Assembly: GCF_018977255.1 (NCBI RefSeq) | Contig: NW_024705312.1 | Span: forward strand, 1-54,994 | Length of the DNA stretch: 54,994 nucleotides | Source of the DNA: Callorhinchus milii | Taxonomy: Eukaryota | Direction of reading: 5' to 3' | Part shown: positions 36,601 through 50,772 of the stretch, piece by piece | Position numbering within the stretch: the stretch's first letter is position 1 | How the letters are laid out: each line of letters opens with the position of its first letter | Position numbers and translations under genes: made by a program | Notes under the pieces: generated by a model | What the model was told of the DNA's origin: nothing | What the model saw: only the letters and a program-made list of their open reading frames with translations | The model's database searches: none

Positions 36601-39600
36601 ACCAAAGTCCAAAACCAGAGGCAATTTAAGGACCCTTCAGGCCCACAGGGAACATCCTGGTTGTACCCTGACATATCTAATATGTTATGGCCTAGCACTA
36701 ACACCTAAATAAGTCTCTTATCAACAAGCAGCTACGTATGGCATACTGTAGTTTTCACCTGTACTACCAACGGACAAATACAGTATGAATATCCATTGAG
36801 CACCACTCGAGCTATCTTGGTGTCCGCGTCAAGGGTTCTGCACGTCAGTTACACCTTATTGGATTGTTATTGATCAACCAAACGTGCCGAACGTAACGGC
36901 GCCAAAAGAATTTTAGGGCACCTGGGGTTCTCGACTCACAGTCCTGCCGTTTCCAGTGAAATGCATGCCTACAGGGGTGGTGTGAACCTACCAAGCTGCC
37001 AGATGTGATGGGTCCTAACTTCCGCGCAACTACAGGTACATTCCTGGCTTGTCTGCCGTCGGCAGGCTACCCAGACATAGCGAAACCCTACATGCCAACG
37101 ATTGTGCGAGTCATTTGATTCACAAGGGACAATCACCTAGCGATGGCCACGCTAATGAAGCACAGTTGACATTCCTTCCGACTCGACATTACATCGACGG
37201 GGATACGAGACAACACTCTGGGGTAAGCGTAAGGGAGATGATAACGATAGAGGCATGACACGTCTCACTAGCCTGAGGAACTGTAAACTGTAGTGCTCCT
37301 GATAACAAGAGTGATCGTTCTATACGGATCTTCGTGCCAGATAGCACCGAGACCCCCAGCCGGCAGTTGAACGATCTTACTAAACTTCACACGCAGTTGG
37401 ACACTTGGCCACCTTCCCTATTAGGGCGAGAGGTTTCGATCACCAGTCCCCTTTTGGGCGATCTATCTACATTTATTAGGCAAAATGTCAAAGTAGATTC
37501 CACATGCTTGCGACTCTTTGACCGAAAGTCGTGCAGCAATGACACCGAGAGTGTTGTACGACAACGGTTGACATTGAATCGCGGCCGGAGCAAAATCCAA
37601 TGCGGTAGTCGTCCAATCGTGTAGGCCACGGATAGACGTATTAGTTGCGTATTGCCTGTAATGGCCATATGAATGATTTAAGACTGAATAATACTACCGG
37701 TAGAGGTACGCACCCCATGGACTCAAAATCATAGGATATATATCTGTTGGTAGCGTTAGCCGAAGGCGATCTTCGCGACGCACCTGCGATGGATCCACCA
37801 CTGCGAGCGACGGCTTGGGGGGTAACCTACTTCCGAGTCAATAAAACGATTTGTGTATCATTGGCAAAGAATGCGAACGGCCTAGGGGCGTTTCTTATTG
37901 TCCAGTTCTCACCGCACACCGTATACCCTGATCTTATGGTAGGAAGAACGGTAACCGAAGTCAGTCTTCCGATTGGTCGGTTCACAGTACGTACGTACGC
38001 CTACTTCGTTTCTGAAACAAATACCAGGGTCGCTCAGGAGGGCAGTGTCGGCATCTCCAAAAAACCTACTTGTCGGTGCCCCCTGGCTAGGTGTTGGTGT
38101 CGAGAACACAGGAGACACTAAACACACAAAGTATGACTATTCTACCCCCACTATCAAAGCGCGCGATTAACACTTCAGCTGTGAGAAAGGTTAGTGCGAC
38201 CAGTAGACTATGTCGTGATGGCCTGGCGCAACCAATCATTCCTGAAGCGCAAGCAAGCTGCGGACGTTGGTTCTCAATTGATTTAAGGTATTAGGAGCAT
38301 GGACTAGTAATCCGAGGTAGGACACTCTACGCGGCGACCTAACCGACTCAAGGTTGTTGGTATTGTCTACAGAAATAAGGGCGAATGTCTCGATAACCCC
38401 GTTTATCAGCCTTCTAACTAGGTGGCTTTTAGGTTAGCAAACCCAGGAGAAAGCCACGTGACGAGATAGTGCTGAGGAGTGCCAAATGTTTTGACAGGAG
38501 TGGTTCACAACACTGTTAGTTGTTTGTGTGGCAGCTAGTGGTCGCTGTTAGATATATTTAAAGGTCTGATGGCGCGGAAGAAGAATTTGAAGTAACCTAT
38601 TTATCGCATACTTACGAATGCAAGTTAGATTTCTGGTCTAGGCAGTCCACGCAATACGTACACCGGCCCTAACAGCATTGTGAAAGCCTGCCAGTCATGC
38701 CGCTGCTTTCCGAACGTTTTGCTGTAATAGTGATACACGCCTACGAGTTGTGACTTAGTGTGATCGGTCTCCCCCACATTGAGCATCAATTCCCATAACA
38801 GATCTGATACCCAGCGTCGAAAAGACGGGCTTGCTTGCGCATGGTCTACAGAACCGGATGCAGTATTTTCAAATACCAGCGCTTCGTGGAGAGCCATGAG
38901 CATGGGCGCCCCTTCAAGTGATATTTCATGTACTCACCGCATGGGCGACTCTGGAACACATAACCATACTTACAGTGACCAGCGAATAGTCTCCCCTTTG
39001 ATGGTTTGGACCATCTTCGCACTTGGGGCCGGAAGTAGGTTCTGCGACGCTTTGCTACAATAGTGCCGACAAGGGCCGCTGAGATGGATCAGAGTCTGCT
39101 CCTTAGCGCAATCCACTTACCCAACTGTGATATCCATCTGTAGCAAACTGGAGCCCCGGGCTAGATTTCTGCATCTTCAGGACCAACCGTAGTGTCGGGG
39201 AGAAAATAAGCTGAATAACTCCGTTGCCCGGGCACCAGACGTCTCAAAAATGCGTTGTAAGGGAGTCATCTAGCCGGAATGCATCGCGAGGAACAAAAGG
39301 ATTACTCTGCTGCACTGCCTATAGACTAGATCATGCAGGTGCGTACTATGCCATTGTTCGACATTTTATACCTAGCCACGTTTAGGGCTCTTTTGTGTAG
39401 CCGCGTGGGCCACTATAATAAGTAGAGACGGACTTAAGCGCGACTTTCGTGACTCGCCATGCGGACATGCATCACGACGACTTTGTTTGTGTTATCAGTC
39501 GTTCAAGGCGCTCTGCAGCGACAATGGAGGCGAGCAGATAATGTCGTTGTAGTGATACACAGTACTACTCGGGGTAAAACACCGTACTTTTGAGGAAATA

Positions 39601-42600
39601 AACGGACAAAACCAGCACGGAGGTTGTATAGACACCCCTGCATCCAAGTTGGCGTCAAAGGTCACGGGTCCAACGCTACGCGTGACGACGCGCTTGTACC
39701 AATGCGTAACATTGCCGAACCGACCTCGGATGCTTCCCTGTGAAGTGGTGGCGGCACGCTTCTACTCATGCGTCAGAGAATAAATGGTTCTATAGCACGG
39801 CATCGATTCCCTATGAACGGTTCTGCGATACTGGCACAACCACTATCGAAGTGAGGGCTTCACCAGGAATAGGGATTGCAGCGGACAGTAGATCATAGCA
39901 TGAGTAAAGTTGTAAACTTTCATACAAGCGATGATTTTGCCTAGAGTCGCACAAGTCAGGATATTTGTCGGCTATTATGAGGGTCCAACTTTAGAGGGCT
40001 AATAGCCAGTCACTGACACTAGATCGCGAGTAGCTCTAGGGGACGACCTCCGTAATATCATACGGGCTATACGAGGTGAGGGGCACGACGGACGGAGGCC
40101 GAAAATGGCAGGAGATCAGCAGGGTACCACTTAAGTCTCTCACGAATTCCCTCAGTTCAGGATAATAATATGATCTAACGGTAAACCTTATCGCTTCCAT
40201 CTATCTGAATATATGGCTACGTACAGCGTCCTTCATTTCTCCGCTCATACCATTGTCCCTATCGACCATCAAGGTACCCCTCTCTGCTGTGGGACATTAC
40301 CTCATCAGGGTCGGTCAGTACGCCAGAATTCGCTGTTGACCCGAAGTCTGCTTTAACGGAGTGCTGTGTCAAAGCTGGCGTAGTTTGTATGTGAGCTGTT
40401 TTTACACATCACCGCCGGTATGTGAAGCAATACACACATTCCCTTTCACACCCGCAGCTAGTGCCGTGCGGGTATTCATTCCAAGGTCAGTAACCTTATC
40501 ATATTCGCGTTTACGTGGAGGAGACATAACTCCATGTATAGAGGCCCAGAGCTACGGGGTTTTAGGCCCACGCGATATCGATCCTCACGTGCAGGTGAGT
40601 GTAGGCTTTGACTTGTGGTACCGACCCTTCTAGTGGAAACCCATGTCTTCCAAAACGCTCATTAGTCGCCAGCCATTAAAGCCACTATTCTCACCCTGGA
40701 AACCTGCCGAGGCCGCCAACTGTTACGAACACGCGCAGCACGTCTATAATTCCGCGCCAACGCACTGCCATACCCTCCAGCTACCACTACTGTCGTACAC
40801 CAGACGGCTGTGCAGATGTTTGGATTAGATCAACCCATTGGCATGAACCGCCTTGACTATGGATAGAACTGAAAACTTTTAATAATCATAACAATCACTG
40901 CAGCTCTCTGGAAGCAATATAGCCACAGTTGACGACCAGTGTCTAACCGTGTCATACAGTTAGCACCAGATAAGGCAAGAGTCATCGTATGTCCGGGCTA
41001 CGAGGAGAGCGGATTCAAAGTAGTTTCCGAATCCCTTAACATATTTGTGATGCCCTCACTCGTAAATTGTGTGTGGTTTTTTGGTTATGACGGACGGACA
41101 TGTGTAAACGAAATACGAAGATTAGTAGCCCGAAGAGTTCGGTTTGTGGCAGGACCCAGCCCGTGAAGTAACGAGTGTTACTTTGGTATCAATTTAATTA
41201 TCGATCGGCGAGACCATTTGTCGTATCGGGAGTCCCGACGGTGTGCACTAGCTGAGGGCTGGGATAGAGCGGACGTGAGAATTTGACGACCACCGGCACT
41301 TCGGGGCATCTTGGGTAACGGAGGTCCGACCGGTCGCCACTAGAGTGTAAAGGGGTCTGGCAGGTGGAATATCGGGACTAAGAGGCTGGGTCCATGGATC
41401 CTCGCCATCCAAGGGCGACAACAGTAGCTGTCTTTTTCCGAACTCCGGGAGTTTTACTCAAGCCTAAATGCGTAAGCGTCCTTTCCGGTATCGTGAGCCT
41501 AGTTTAATCGGTGCCCGCTGTATCCAAGCTACAAGCTTTAAACGTCTAACAGGACAATGCCCAAAGCCTAGCTAGGTAGCGCGGATAAGAATCTCGATGT
41601 GATTCACACCGCAGCATGCAGGGTGGTTACAGAATCTGCACAGAAATCTTTTGTGTAGTGAATGAGCACTCGGTTCGCCTGGATCTCAGCGCGCGTCTAT
41701 TCCGCATTCGCCGGTATAGCAAGAGCACACGCTCGGGGACACAGTATCTTTCCGAATATACAAGCATGCCTTGCAGACATCGGTGCGGGGTGAATGAGAA
41801 CTAGAGCAACAAATGCGGATAATTATGGCTCGTTAATCATATGACCACCTATACAAAACTTCCACATCGACAGTATTAAAAAGGCCAAAAAGAGTAAATC
41901 GCCGTGGGCATGCCCCCGTTGGGCACATGCGCCCTGCCTCTGGCAAAAAGGCAATGAGACGGGCCGGGTAAACATGCTCCGCCATGGGGTCGGGCATGGA
42001 AGCGCCAGACACTGTAAGTATGAAAGATGAGGCAACAAATATGCATGACGACACGCAGCCTCTAGGTCGAGTGCTACGGGCCTTCTTATCTGGAGCGACA
42101 AACAGTATGAGCGCAATTGAGTTGCGGTTCCTGGCCTGGTAAATTGATCATTGGGTATATGCGAGCCCCCGGTGCTCAGTTCGTGGAACTCGAGGGCATG
42201 TACCTGCGCCTCAGGTTTCCTTGCGCCTCGCCTACTCGGAAAGCTAGAGTCAGTGCTACCACTTGTTGATGTTACGCGCTTAGTCGTCATATGGTAAGAT
42301 GTGCGCTATTGAATTAGCCTATGCAGCACTTGAAGTTCTCTACAATACGAGATTAGCATCATGTTAGTATTGTAGCCAGCGTTCAAGTACGACCTCAGCA
42401 AAGCCCCACTCGCGCTAGATTTGGCCTAGAGGCTGGGACCATTTTTGCGATATCCTCAGCGAGGATAAGAGATAGAGCTAGCCACGGTTCCAGACATCAC
42501 GCACAAATTCCCTATTATAGCAGGGTAGCGCAACACAGGTTCGGATCAAGGCTCTGATGCGTATAGCGACCCTGTCAAATCTGCTGTCTATAGACCGCGA

Positions 42601-45600
42601 CGATGGCGCGGGCTTGGCCTCACCACTCTGATAAAAGAGGAAGCATGGTTACCACATGTAACGGCGATGGTGGAGACCAGGCTGGATTAAGGTCCGGTAG
42701 GCCGTTAGATAGAATCCTTTGGATGTCACTACCGGCTTCCACGTGCCGCATTTCAGGATCGATGTCCCGGCAGAGTCGGCTGACGGTTTAGCAGAATCTT
42801 ACGTGTGGAGTCAGCAGGACTTAGGGAACCTTCCGCAGTAAGCGCCCTGTTTCCTGTAGCACGTGCACGAAGCGTGGGCTTGAATCAACCCTTTGTGGGT
42901 TGTCCTAGGGTGAGCCTAACCATTGGGCTGGCATAAAGTCCCTTTGCAGCCCTCAGTCAAGAGTTCAGGCCTGCGCTAACTTGTTTAAAAGGGATGTCTG
43001 GTTATACTCCGTTTCCAACTTGTATTGCAACGATAAACCGGGTTTAATGGCCGCGTGTCTACAATATCGCGCAGGACGTTGTGCCACGAAGCGGCTCTTG
43101 ATAGTTGACGGTAAACCAGGAACCTTCGGCAGGACACACGAGCCCCACTGACACCCTCGCCTGCGCTTCGCGAGCAGAACCCCTTCTGACCTCGTAGTCC
43201 TCTCTTAACTAGGCCAATGTCAAACGTATTGATCGCTGCCACTAAACAATCTCGTATCATACCTGTCAGGTCTACGTCAATTGTGCCGGCTTAGTTGTAG
43301 AAGCTGTGCCATCCAAACAAAAGGGACGGCTATAGCGGGCCTCATGTTCGGGACTAGGGGGCACCTCTCACCGTGAGAAGATTTAATTGTCGACTCTACT
43401 GTGTACTACCCGGTCGTAATAAATGTTTTCGATGACGAGGAACGTGAATTCATTCCCGGTGGTCCCTCAGCATTTACTTATCCAGAATGGGCTATATTGC
43501 CTCCTGGGAAGTCGTAGCGAGTAGTGTGACCCGCCACCAATTACCTTACTATGAACCATTGCGGTAGTCTTAAATGAACATATCTTAAGCATGCTCGGTT
43601 TCCCGGCCTTCGACCGTTGCTAACGGCGTGGTCCGGCGTTATGCTAAAACGGCCGCTACGAGCACGTGTAGAACGTCCAATTTGGTAATCGAAGCATTCC
43701 TTGGAAGTAACACGCCACAAGCTCGCCTAGTACGACCGTTCTGAAGAATCAGGGTCCGCAGACCCTATCGCTTTAGAGTAGCCCCTCAGTGGCGTCTAGG
43801 AGACACACTGTAATCCATAGTCAGTTTAGAGTAGTGCCGTATGTACTCATAGCACTCTAGTTGTAAATTACATCGGAGGGTACGCTTGTAGCTGATTAGG
43901 GATGCACCGTTCTTTTTAATTCCTCTGCGACGGTGTCACCTGAGCATGATTGGCACACGCCTTTGCGCAACAGGACACTTAGGATTCGGGCTGTAAACGT
44001 ATTGCGATCCATAGGAGCCCAGTAAAAAGGTTACAAGAGGAATGGTACCTTGGGAGAAGTGGCAGTCTTGACGTAAAGATACTCGCCACGCGATAACCCC
44101 CGACCCGCCCTAATACGCACGTACCCCTATTTAAGGGGCGGGGGCCCACCCGGCACTTGAATATCATTGTTTTAATCGGATATAACTAACGTTTGTGACG
44201 AAGGAAAGGTGTTTAACGCGAACGTGGAAGTATAGGGTTCCTTTGCACGCCAATTAATGCGGCGCCACGCGAGTGCGATTAACTATTCGCAGCGTCACCG
44301 GGAGGTTTGCGCCATTGTTTTGGAATTCGTGCGCGATGATCTGCCTAAATGAACCCTTCGCCAATAGAGCTGTACTCGGTCCACACAACCAATCTTATGC
44401 TGACCTATCATTGTCGTGAAAGGTGGATTAGATCCAATGGGAAGCACCGAGTTAGCACCATACTGCGACCGGAATTGTGGGCTTGGTCTAGCATTGCGGT
44501 CGGATTCGTTCATGTTTCACTCTTTATATATGATCACGTGCGACTTGTGGTGGAGGGTGGCGGCCCCAATGGTAAAGGCTACTATTAGTTGATCCGAAGT
44601 TTCTCGCGAATCATCGACGACTCGCACAACTCGGGGAAAACTAGAAACGAACCTTAGAGGTCGAGATCCCTTAGTGTTTTTTGGCGAGAGTCACGTCTTC
44701 CATGGCCAACATTTACGCTAGCATGTTAAATTCTTTTCGCACATGGAGACGATCCAGATGAATAGTGCAAGTAAATAGCGTCCCTTTATCCTTTGCGCAT
44801 TACATGACGCCGCCCCGCCGGTCTCAGCAAATCTAACAGGCGTCCGTATCACTACACTTCGTAAATTAAGGAAGCGTTTCTGAAAATATGCACGTAATAA
44901 CTTGCCGCTTTGACAAATGGCCCCAGGTGCCCCCTGATTGGACACTGGTTACGATTTGTATTGGTCGATCGTCGGTGCGTCAGAGTATACGTAGTTTCTG
45001 ACCCAATAGAACACCGGGGACAGGTAAACGCAAGATCGACGCAGGTTACGCCGCGCCTTGACATGAAATTAAACTTCCGGATGCTTCCATTTATCTGGCC
45101 GGACTGAACTACGATAAAGTAGATATGGAAAATCACCAGTATGTGCGTCTGTGCAGCGGCAGCAGGGGTGAAAACCCGAGGTTTATTACAAGCTAGAGGC
45201 GTGACTGGCATTGACAAGCAAAATGTACGCATTTGGTCATGTTTATGCCGTGCATTAGAGTCGAACCACAATCCCTTCATGACGCTAAGTACACCCGATA
45301 TATCTTTAGGGCTGCAAGAAGCTTAAAATTGAGTAAAAAATGTAGACTCCTTCCACCCTACATGAAGGATCCCGGAGAGGTTATCGCCTGCGAGGACTGA
45401 CATGACGCCAAATGATAGTAGGTACGGGATTATTTCGAGTCCAGTCTTAAGTCAAGGTTCTCGTAACCCTTGTCCGTCCATTTCTTATTTTGATCTCTCG
45501 TTCTACCATACGAGGCTAGATTAAGGGAACCGGGGTTCCGACGTCTCCCGATTACAGTATGGATTTCAATGTCTCGCAAGTGGGGCAGGGATGCAAGAGT
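18608..45600. other. About 27-kb featureless, random-like sequence block
   Basis: By eye: balanced base use, abundant CpG and TpA, no microsatellites, no poly(A) tails and none of the flanking repeat families. Longest ORF is 175 aa, with no recognisable domain. Confidence 0.8.
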
Positions 45601-45607
45601 GCCACTG

Positions 45608-45696
45608 ATTAATAATCATGAGCTGAACAATTTTTCTCTTGAATATTTCAGATTTACTGCAATATACACCCGTCCTTGGACGGGCAAAAAAGCTAG
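45608..45696 (+). mobile_element. Helitron 3' terminus
   Basis: Hairpin CCCGTCC-TT-GGACGGG (45669-45684), an 8-nt spacer, then CTAG|T at 45693-45697. Confidence 0.6.
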
Positions 45697-45744
45697 TAGT
45701 TTAATAATTGAGATATGTTTATTAAAATATATTATTGTTATTAT

Positions 45745-45900
45745 TACTACAACCAGCAGCAAAGTACTCTAAACGCGTGACGTCGTTTCTAAATGTGGTG
45801 GTATAAACCGGAGGACCCGCAGAAAAATCCACACGAACACAGGGAGGAATATTCAAACGCCACACAGAAAAGCGCCCGAGTCAGGAGTCGAACCCAGGCT
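45745..45900 (-). mobile_element. V-SINE-like fragment
   Basis: aaaccggaggacccgcagaaaaatccacac...gtcaggagtcgaacccagg (B box on the minus strand). Confidence 0.6.
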
Positions 45901-46977
45901 TTGTTTGCTGCATTGCCACTCGTGCCTCGTGAGTACTTGTTTTCACACGTGATACAATTACTACAATTGACCTTTTTGGGGTTTCAATTACGTAAGAAAT
46001 GAGGCACCCATTTATCAGTCAACATCCAGTCTTAGGCTCACGGCACTTGCATCTAATAGAGTACGTGAGAATTATTTAGCTTGTACCAATGCGAGAGGTT
46101 CACCGGTCGATTCTTCAATCAAATCCCAAAAAAGCCCTAAATCGTCAGTACGGAAAATTGTTGCATGCCAAGTTTCAACACTGCCTTGCAATAGAGATGA
46201 ATAAAGTTCCACGACAGACACCGCTACGTCAACACATAAAGAAATGAACATGTAATTGCTTAGGTGGTGCTACCCATGTCTGGTCTGGCCCATGGTCTCT
46301 GGCTGTGTGCCTCGCTGTCTCATTTTGTATTGTGTTCAAACAATCCACTGCTTTGTCCTTTGTTGTGTGTTCCACTGCGCATCTTGTTTTAGTAACTGGA
46401 AGGTGGCCACTGTCTCCCTGCACTTGCCTGGCATCAGCGGTGCACGTTTGAAGCCAGTCGTAAATGTGTTTGGTTATTTTTACGACGGTACAACACTGCT
46501 CACACTATAATGCTCGGGCCCTTCTCCCTCACCACAAATTATGAGAATGGTTATTCTGGCCCTTGCCACTGCCGTTTGCACCCCTTTTATATCGCCAAAT
46601 AGCAAAATCCTTGTTCTACTGTACTTCTATGCTCCCTGCCCTCCTAAATCCGTACTGACCAGCGTGGTGAAATATGGTCAAATAACTCTCACCTGTATAG
46701 TGTGGATAGGCCCTCATTTAGGAGAAGATTGACAAACCGCTCCTTTTGAGGCACGTGGTAGCTCGATATTTTGGCAGTACTGTATGATGAGGCACCATGG
46801 CCCTTACATATATTACTTCAGAGCTCCCCACTTAACAGAGCTTGGTTGGAAGGGCACCATCAAATACTTGTCAGTTGTCTATGATGTCCAAGCTGAAAGG
46901 CCCAGGATGAATTGTAAGTGGGTCCATGTGTTGGTTAAAAATATATATGATTAACGAGATTGAGTTAGTGGTCAATC

Positions 46978-47273
46978 AAAAGACAAAATCCCACGTATAG
47001 CCTTAACAGACTGTTGGGTAAGTGCTGTTCGCGAGCACCTATGAAGGCCAGCACGGCACACGACGGGGTGGGTGGCCAGCACCACGCCCGGCCGCCCTTG
47101 TCTCCCTAGGAGCGATGTTTAAACACTGCACCAGGTACTCATTTGAGGCTGAGTCGACCTAGGGGAGGCCCAGGACTTGTTCAGATAACCGTCACTGGTG
47201 TTGGCCGTGAGCGGGAATCGAACTCGGGTCCAGGGTTTGCAGCGTGCTAACCGCTACAATGCCGCTTCCCCCC
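46978..47273 (-). mobile_element. tRNA-derived SINE (central domain resembles MetaSINE type)
   Basis: The reverse complement shows A-box-like ggcattgtagcggttagc, B box gagttcgattccc, core cctaggtcgactcagcctcaaatgagtacctgg...aagggcggccgggcgtgg and a ttgtctt tail. It is homologous to 13693-13995. The family label is from memory. Confidence 0.8.
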
Positions 47274-50200
47274 ACACAGCTGCTTTCAAGTCCATGTGCA
47301 CCTTGATGTCAAACACCATTATTTGTCTGTGCTGTCGTTTCACTGTTATCACATTACTGATAGGAAGCTCTATTAACACAGCAGCAATTTGGCAGTTGTG
47401 TTCCCATTGACTTGGGCTCCAATTGCCTTTTTTCAAGGATATCAGCAAAAAACGGGGTTGGAACAAGATAAAAATATAAATGACCTATGCACGAGTGAAA
47501 ACAAAAATAATTTCTAAATGCAAATATTCACAATATAAATGACACCATTAAAGAGATCGTATAATATTACCATGTATTTTATGTTATTACTGTAATATAA
47601 TTATCTCTCTATTTTAAAACCCAAAATAGTCAGAAACTGCCTTTCCACTTGTACGTGAATCAAAATCTGTACATTCTAAATAGTCTCTCTCTCACTTGGG
47701 TTAAAATTAACAACTTTTTATTATTATTTTTATATGGCTTGTGCGTTTGTGCCTTAGCTGGGCAGCAGCTTTATCATTCGCAGATGGCAGTGCATCTATA
47801 GCACCTCCAAGCTTGGTTAGTGGGCAGTCTTCAACGATGATCGTCGTCATCTGTCTCATGTTGACCTTCTTTTGCACCATACGTAGCCAACCGTACTAAT
47901 CGGAGGTGCGGGGAAAGGGACAACAAACTAAACACAAAAATAAATTCTTAAGAAATCGTTTTCAATCTAGATTTAAAGCGCAGAGCTCCAGTGGCTTCCC
48001 AATATCGGAAGAGCGTTCCAGATGGCCGCAGAAGCGCATCTGAAAGCGCACGATGCAGTGACAATCTTTGTCGAAAACCGCTCCGAGGATGACCAGAGTT
48101 CGTGTGATGCTTTATGCTTTATGCTCCTTGACGATATCAGCAAGGTATTGTGGTTCATTTGTGGCGAGCACTTTGTGTGCAATGAATGCGACTTTAAAAT
48201 GTACTTGTAGAATTGCCCGTCATTGGACGGGTTCATAAAAAGAATATATGATGCAACAGACTAAAATTTGTTTATTCTATTGAGTTTCTTTAATCAAATC
48301 ATTTCTACTTATCACATTTAGTGTAAATTGACGATCATCTCCCAAAAGTTTTCCTTGATGAATTTTGTTACATCAGTACTTTGATGTGGGTTGGATTTTT
48401 GCATCTTGACAAAGGAAAATTAAGTTGCCCATGGGGAAAAGAAGTAATATTAAAACAAAACTTTTTTTTAAACACGCTTTTATGAAATGTGCTAGTAATG
48501 GCACAACTCCAGGAAGCGGCCCCGAGGCTTGCCATAACGCAAGGGGGACCGTGGTGATTTACAGCCAACGTCAGTTGAGCGTGGACAATTAGACCCAAGC
48601 CAAAACATAATATACAAAAAAGAATGTTTAAAAAATAAAATGTAATTTTCAATGATAGAATATAGTATTGTCATCAGTAGGACATAAGTATACCAAGTTT
48701 GCAGTCGATACCACTTTGGGAAGTGGGTTCAAATTGAGTTACAAGATTTGAGGATACAACGACAAGAACAACGACAACAGACAGAGCGAGTTAATAAAAG
48801 CGTATAATAATAAAAACAAGTTCGCTGAGATGAAGTCCAACATACTTGATCGAGTCAAAGGTTTTCACGGTGATGTTTACTTTTGTGCAATATAACAGGT
48901 CACGCTTATCAATGTTATATATGAACATGTTTCTCCAACCATAGAAAACTATGAAGCTATTTCATGTAGCGTGTAGCATGCCACTGAATAAAATAATAAA
49001 AGTAAAATAATAACATAATGATCAGCGCGCTGTTCTTCCTGTAGTCAGCAGAACACAATTTTAATGGGCCTGTATTGCACATTGCTAGATGGTGTTTCAT
49101 GCTCTATAAAAAAAACTAATTTATCTATATAGAAAATAATTACAGCTTATATAACGTGTTTCATAAAATCACAGGGTGTATTATCAATGGCAATGGTAGG
49201 GAGGTTTGGGTAAGAAGTGGCTGAGTTCAAATAGAAAATGCCTTGGTGTATTTACAATGTTGACACTTGAGACCCCAGAATTGGACGAACGAAATTAATT
49301 GTGCAGTTATTAGTATTTGGGCTGAGATTGTCAACTCTCTACACATAGGCACCATCAGTGGTTGCTTCTGAGATTTCTATTCCGAATATTATGGATGCTC
49401 GTTTTAATTCCTTCACATAAGCGTTATTCCCCAGAGCCAATTCACTCGACGTGTAATGATTTACCGCCCTCTCCTCGTCCATCTGATGAATTGTCACGAT
49501 TCATTTATTGTGTTGAAAAATTGATAAGTTTTTTGCTGTAATGCTGTGTGAAGATTCTGTAATGGATGCCGAGTTTGTGAACCAATCATATGCAACTTAA
49601 CTCTGTTGTACGTCACGTCCACACATTTGCGGTTCCTTCACATTACACTGAAAACGTGGGCGTTTTTTTTCATCATTCTTGCATGAGGGTTGAAAACTAT
49701 ACATTTCTTATAAGCGCAATTTGGTAAATGTTGTGAGTTGAATAAGTTCAGCAGTGGATTGAAAAGGCTGTACAAGTCAAACTACCTAAATTGTTCATGA
49801 GCTAGCGTCTATTTAGCTCGATAACTTAGCAGTTGAGCTACTTTCTTTCGTCAGCAATTCTGTGTTCTTTCAGCTGTCCGGCAAATGTTGAGGGCACGAT
49901 CCATGCATTTGATCAGTTGTTGCATTCATATAAAAAAGAACCCTGTGATATTTCTAGAATGAGTGTCATTTGAAAAAGATCCCTAACTTTCAAATATGTT
50001 GTTGATCAGAACACCTCTGTTATTTTCTAGAATCTTACGTACAAAATGTCCAAACTAATCTATAAACATGCCAGACAATTGAGACAAAAGTACATGTTAT
50101 AATGGGCACTTGGCCAAAATACGAGGAAAACTGATTTATTCCAAAATTTTAAAATGTGACGAACATAAACCAAAGTTAACCTAAAAGATTTGGACAAACT

Positions 50201-50702
50201 GTGATGCAATGAACACAACACTTGTGTGACCACAGGAAATCACTCCTTTCAATAACGCTTGCGGTGCATAGCCTTCGCAATTCCACCTTATCTTTCTTAA
50301 TGCAAGGGAGCTGCTGTGTCCAAAAGATGATTAAATTGTGTTCAGATAATTTTTCTCACTTTTTAATGTAATTGTTTTTTGCTAATGCATGGATTACCCC
50401 GTGAAATGTAATTCACGCAGGAGGCAGCCATGCTGGACTAAAAGGACTTCACATGTGGCTACAATGTCATGGTTGTTAGCAATAAAATTACTATTCGGCA
50501 TATAAGTTATGCTTAAGTGTTTGGAGATCTGCAGCTACTGGGATTGGAGAATCATGGGATTGCCTTAGTGCTTCACGATTATACCATTTGTGGATGACGA
50601 AGGAGAGGCGATGGAGTGATCGAGTTTTATTGCAGGAACAGAGCATCAGTGCTGCGTACTTGTTGGTGAGAAGAAAGTGAAAACAACACTTTAGACACGT
50701 TT

Positions 50703-50772
50703 TAATGAATGATGTCTAATCTAATATAATTTTACATGAATAGAGCACCTTCGCTCGAAGCGCTTCACATGC
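50703..50772 (-). mobile_element. L2-type 3' tail
   Basis: Reverse complement tgtgaagcgcttcgagcgaaggtgctctattcatgtaaa...cattcatt resembles the L2 3' stem-loop tail. Confidence 0.4.

Noticed and set aside
18900..45570. Many 60-175 aa ORFs as a phage, viral or operon-like cluster
   Set aside because: No recognisable domains, no strand organisation, overlapping in all frames, and lengths match random expectation.
47200..47273. tRNA gene
   Set aside because: A/B boxes are present but there is no full cloverleaf and the sequence continues into a SINE body.
48022..48210. Cys/His-containing 62-aa ORF as a zinc finger or THAP domain
   Set aside because: Spacing fits no family I recognise and there is no supporting exon structure.
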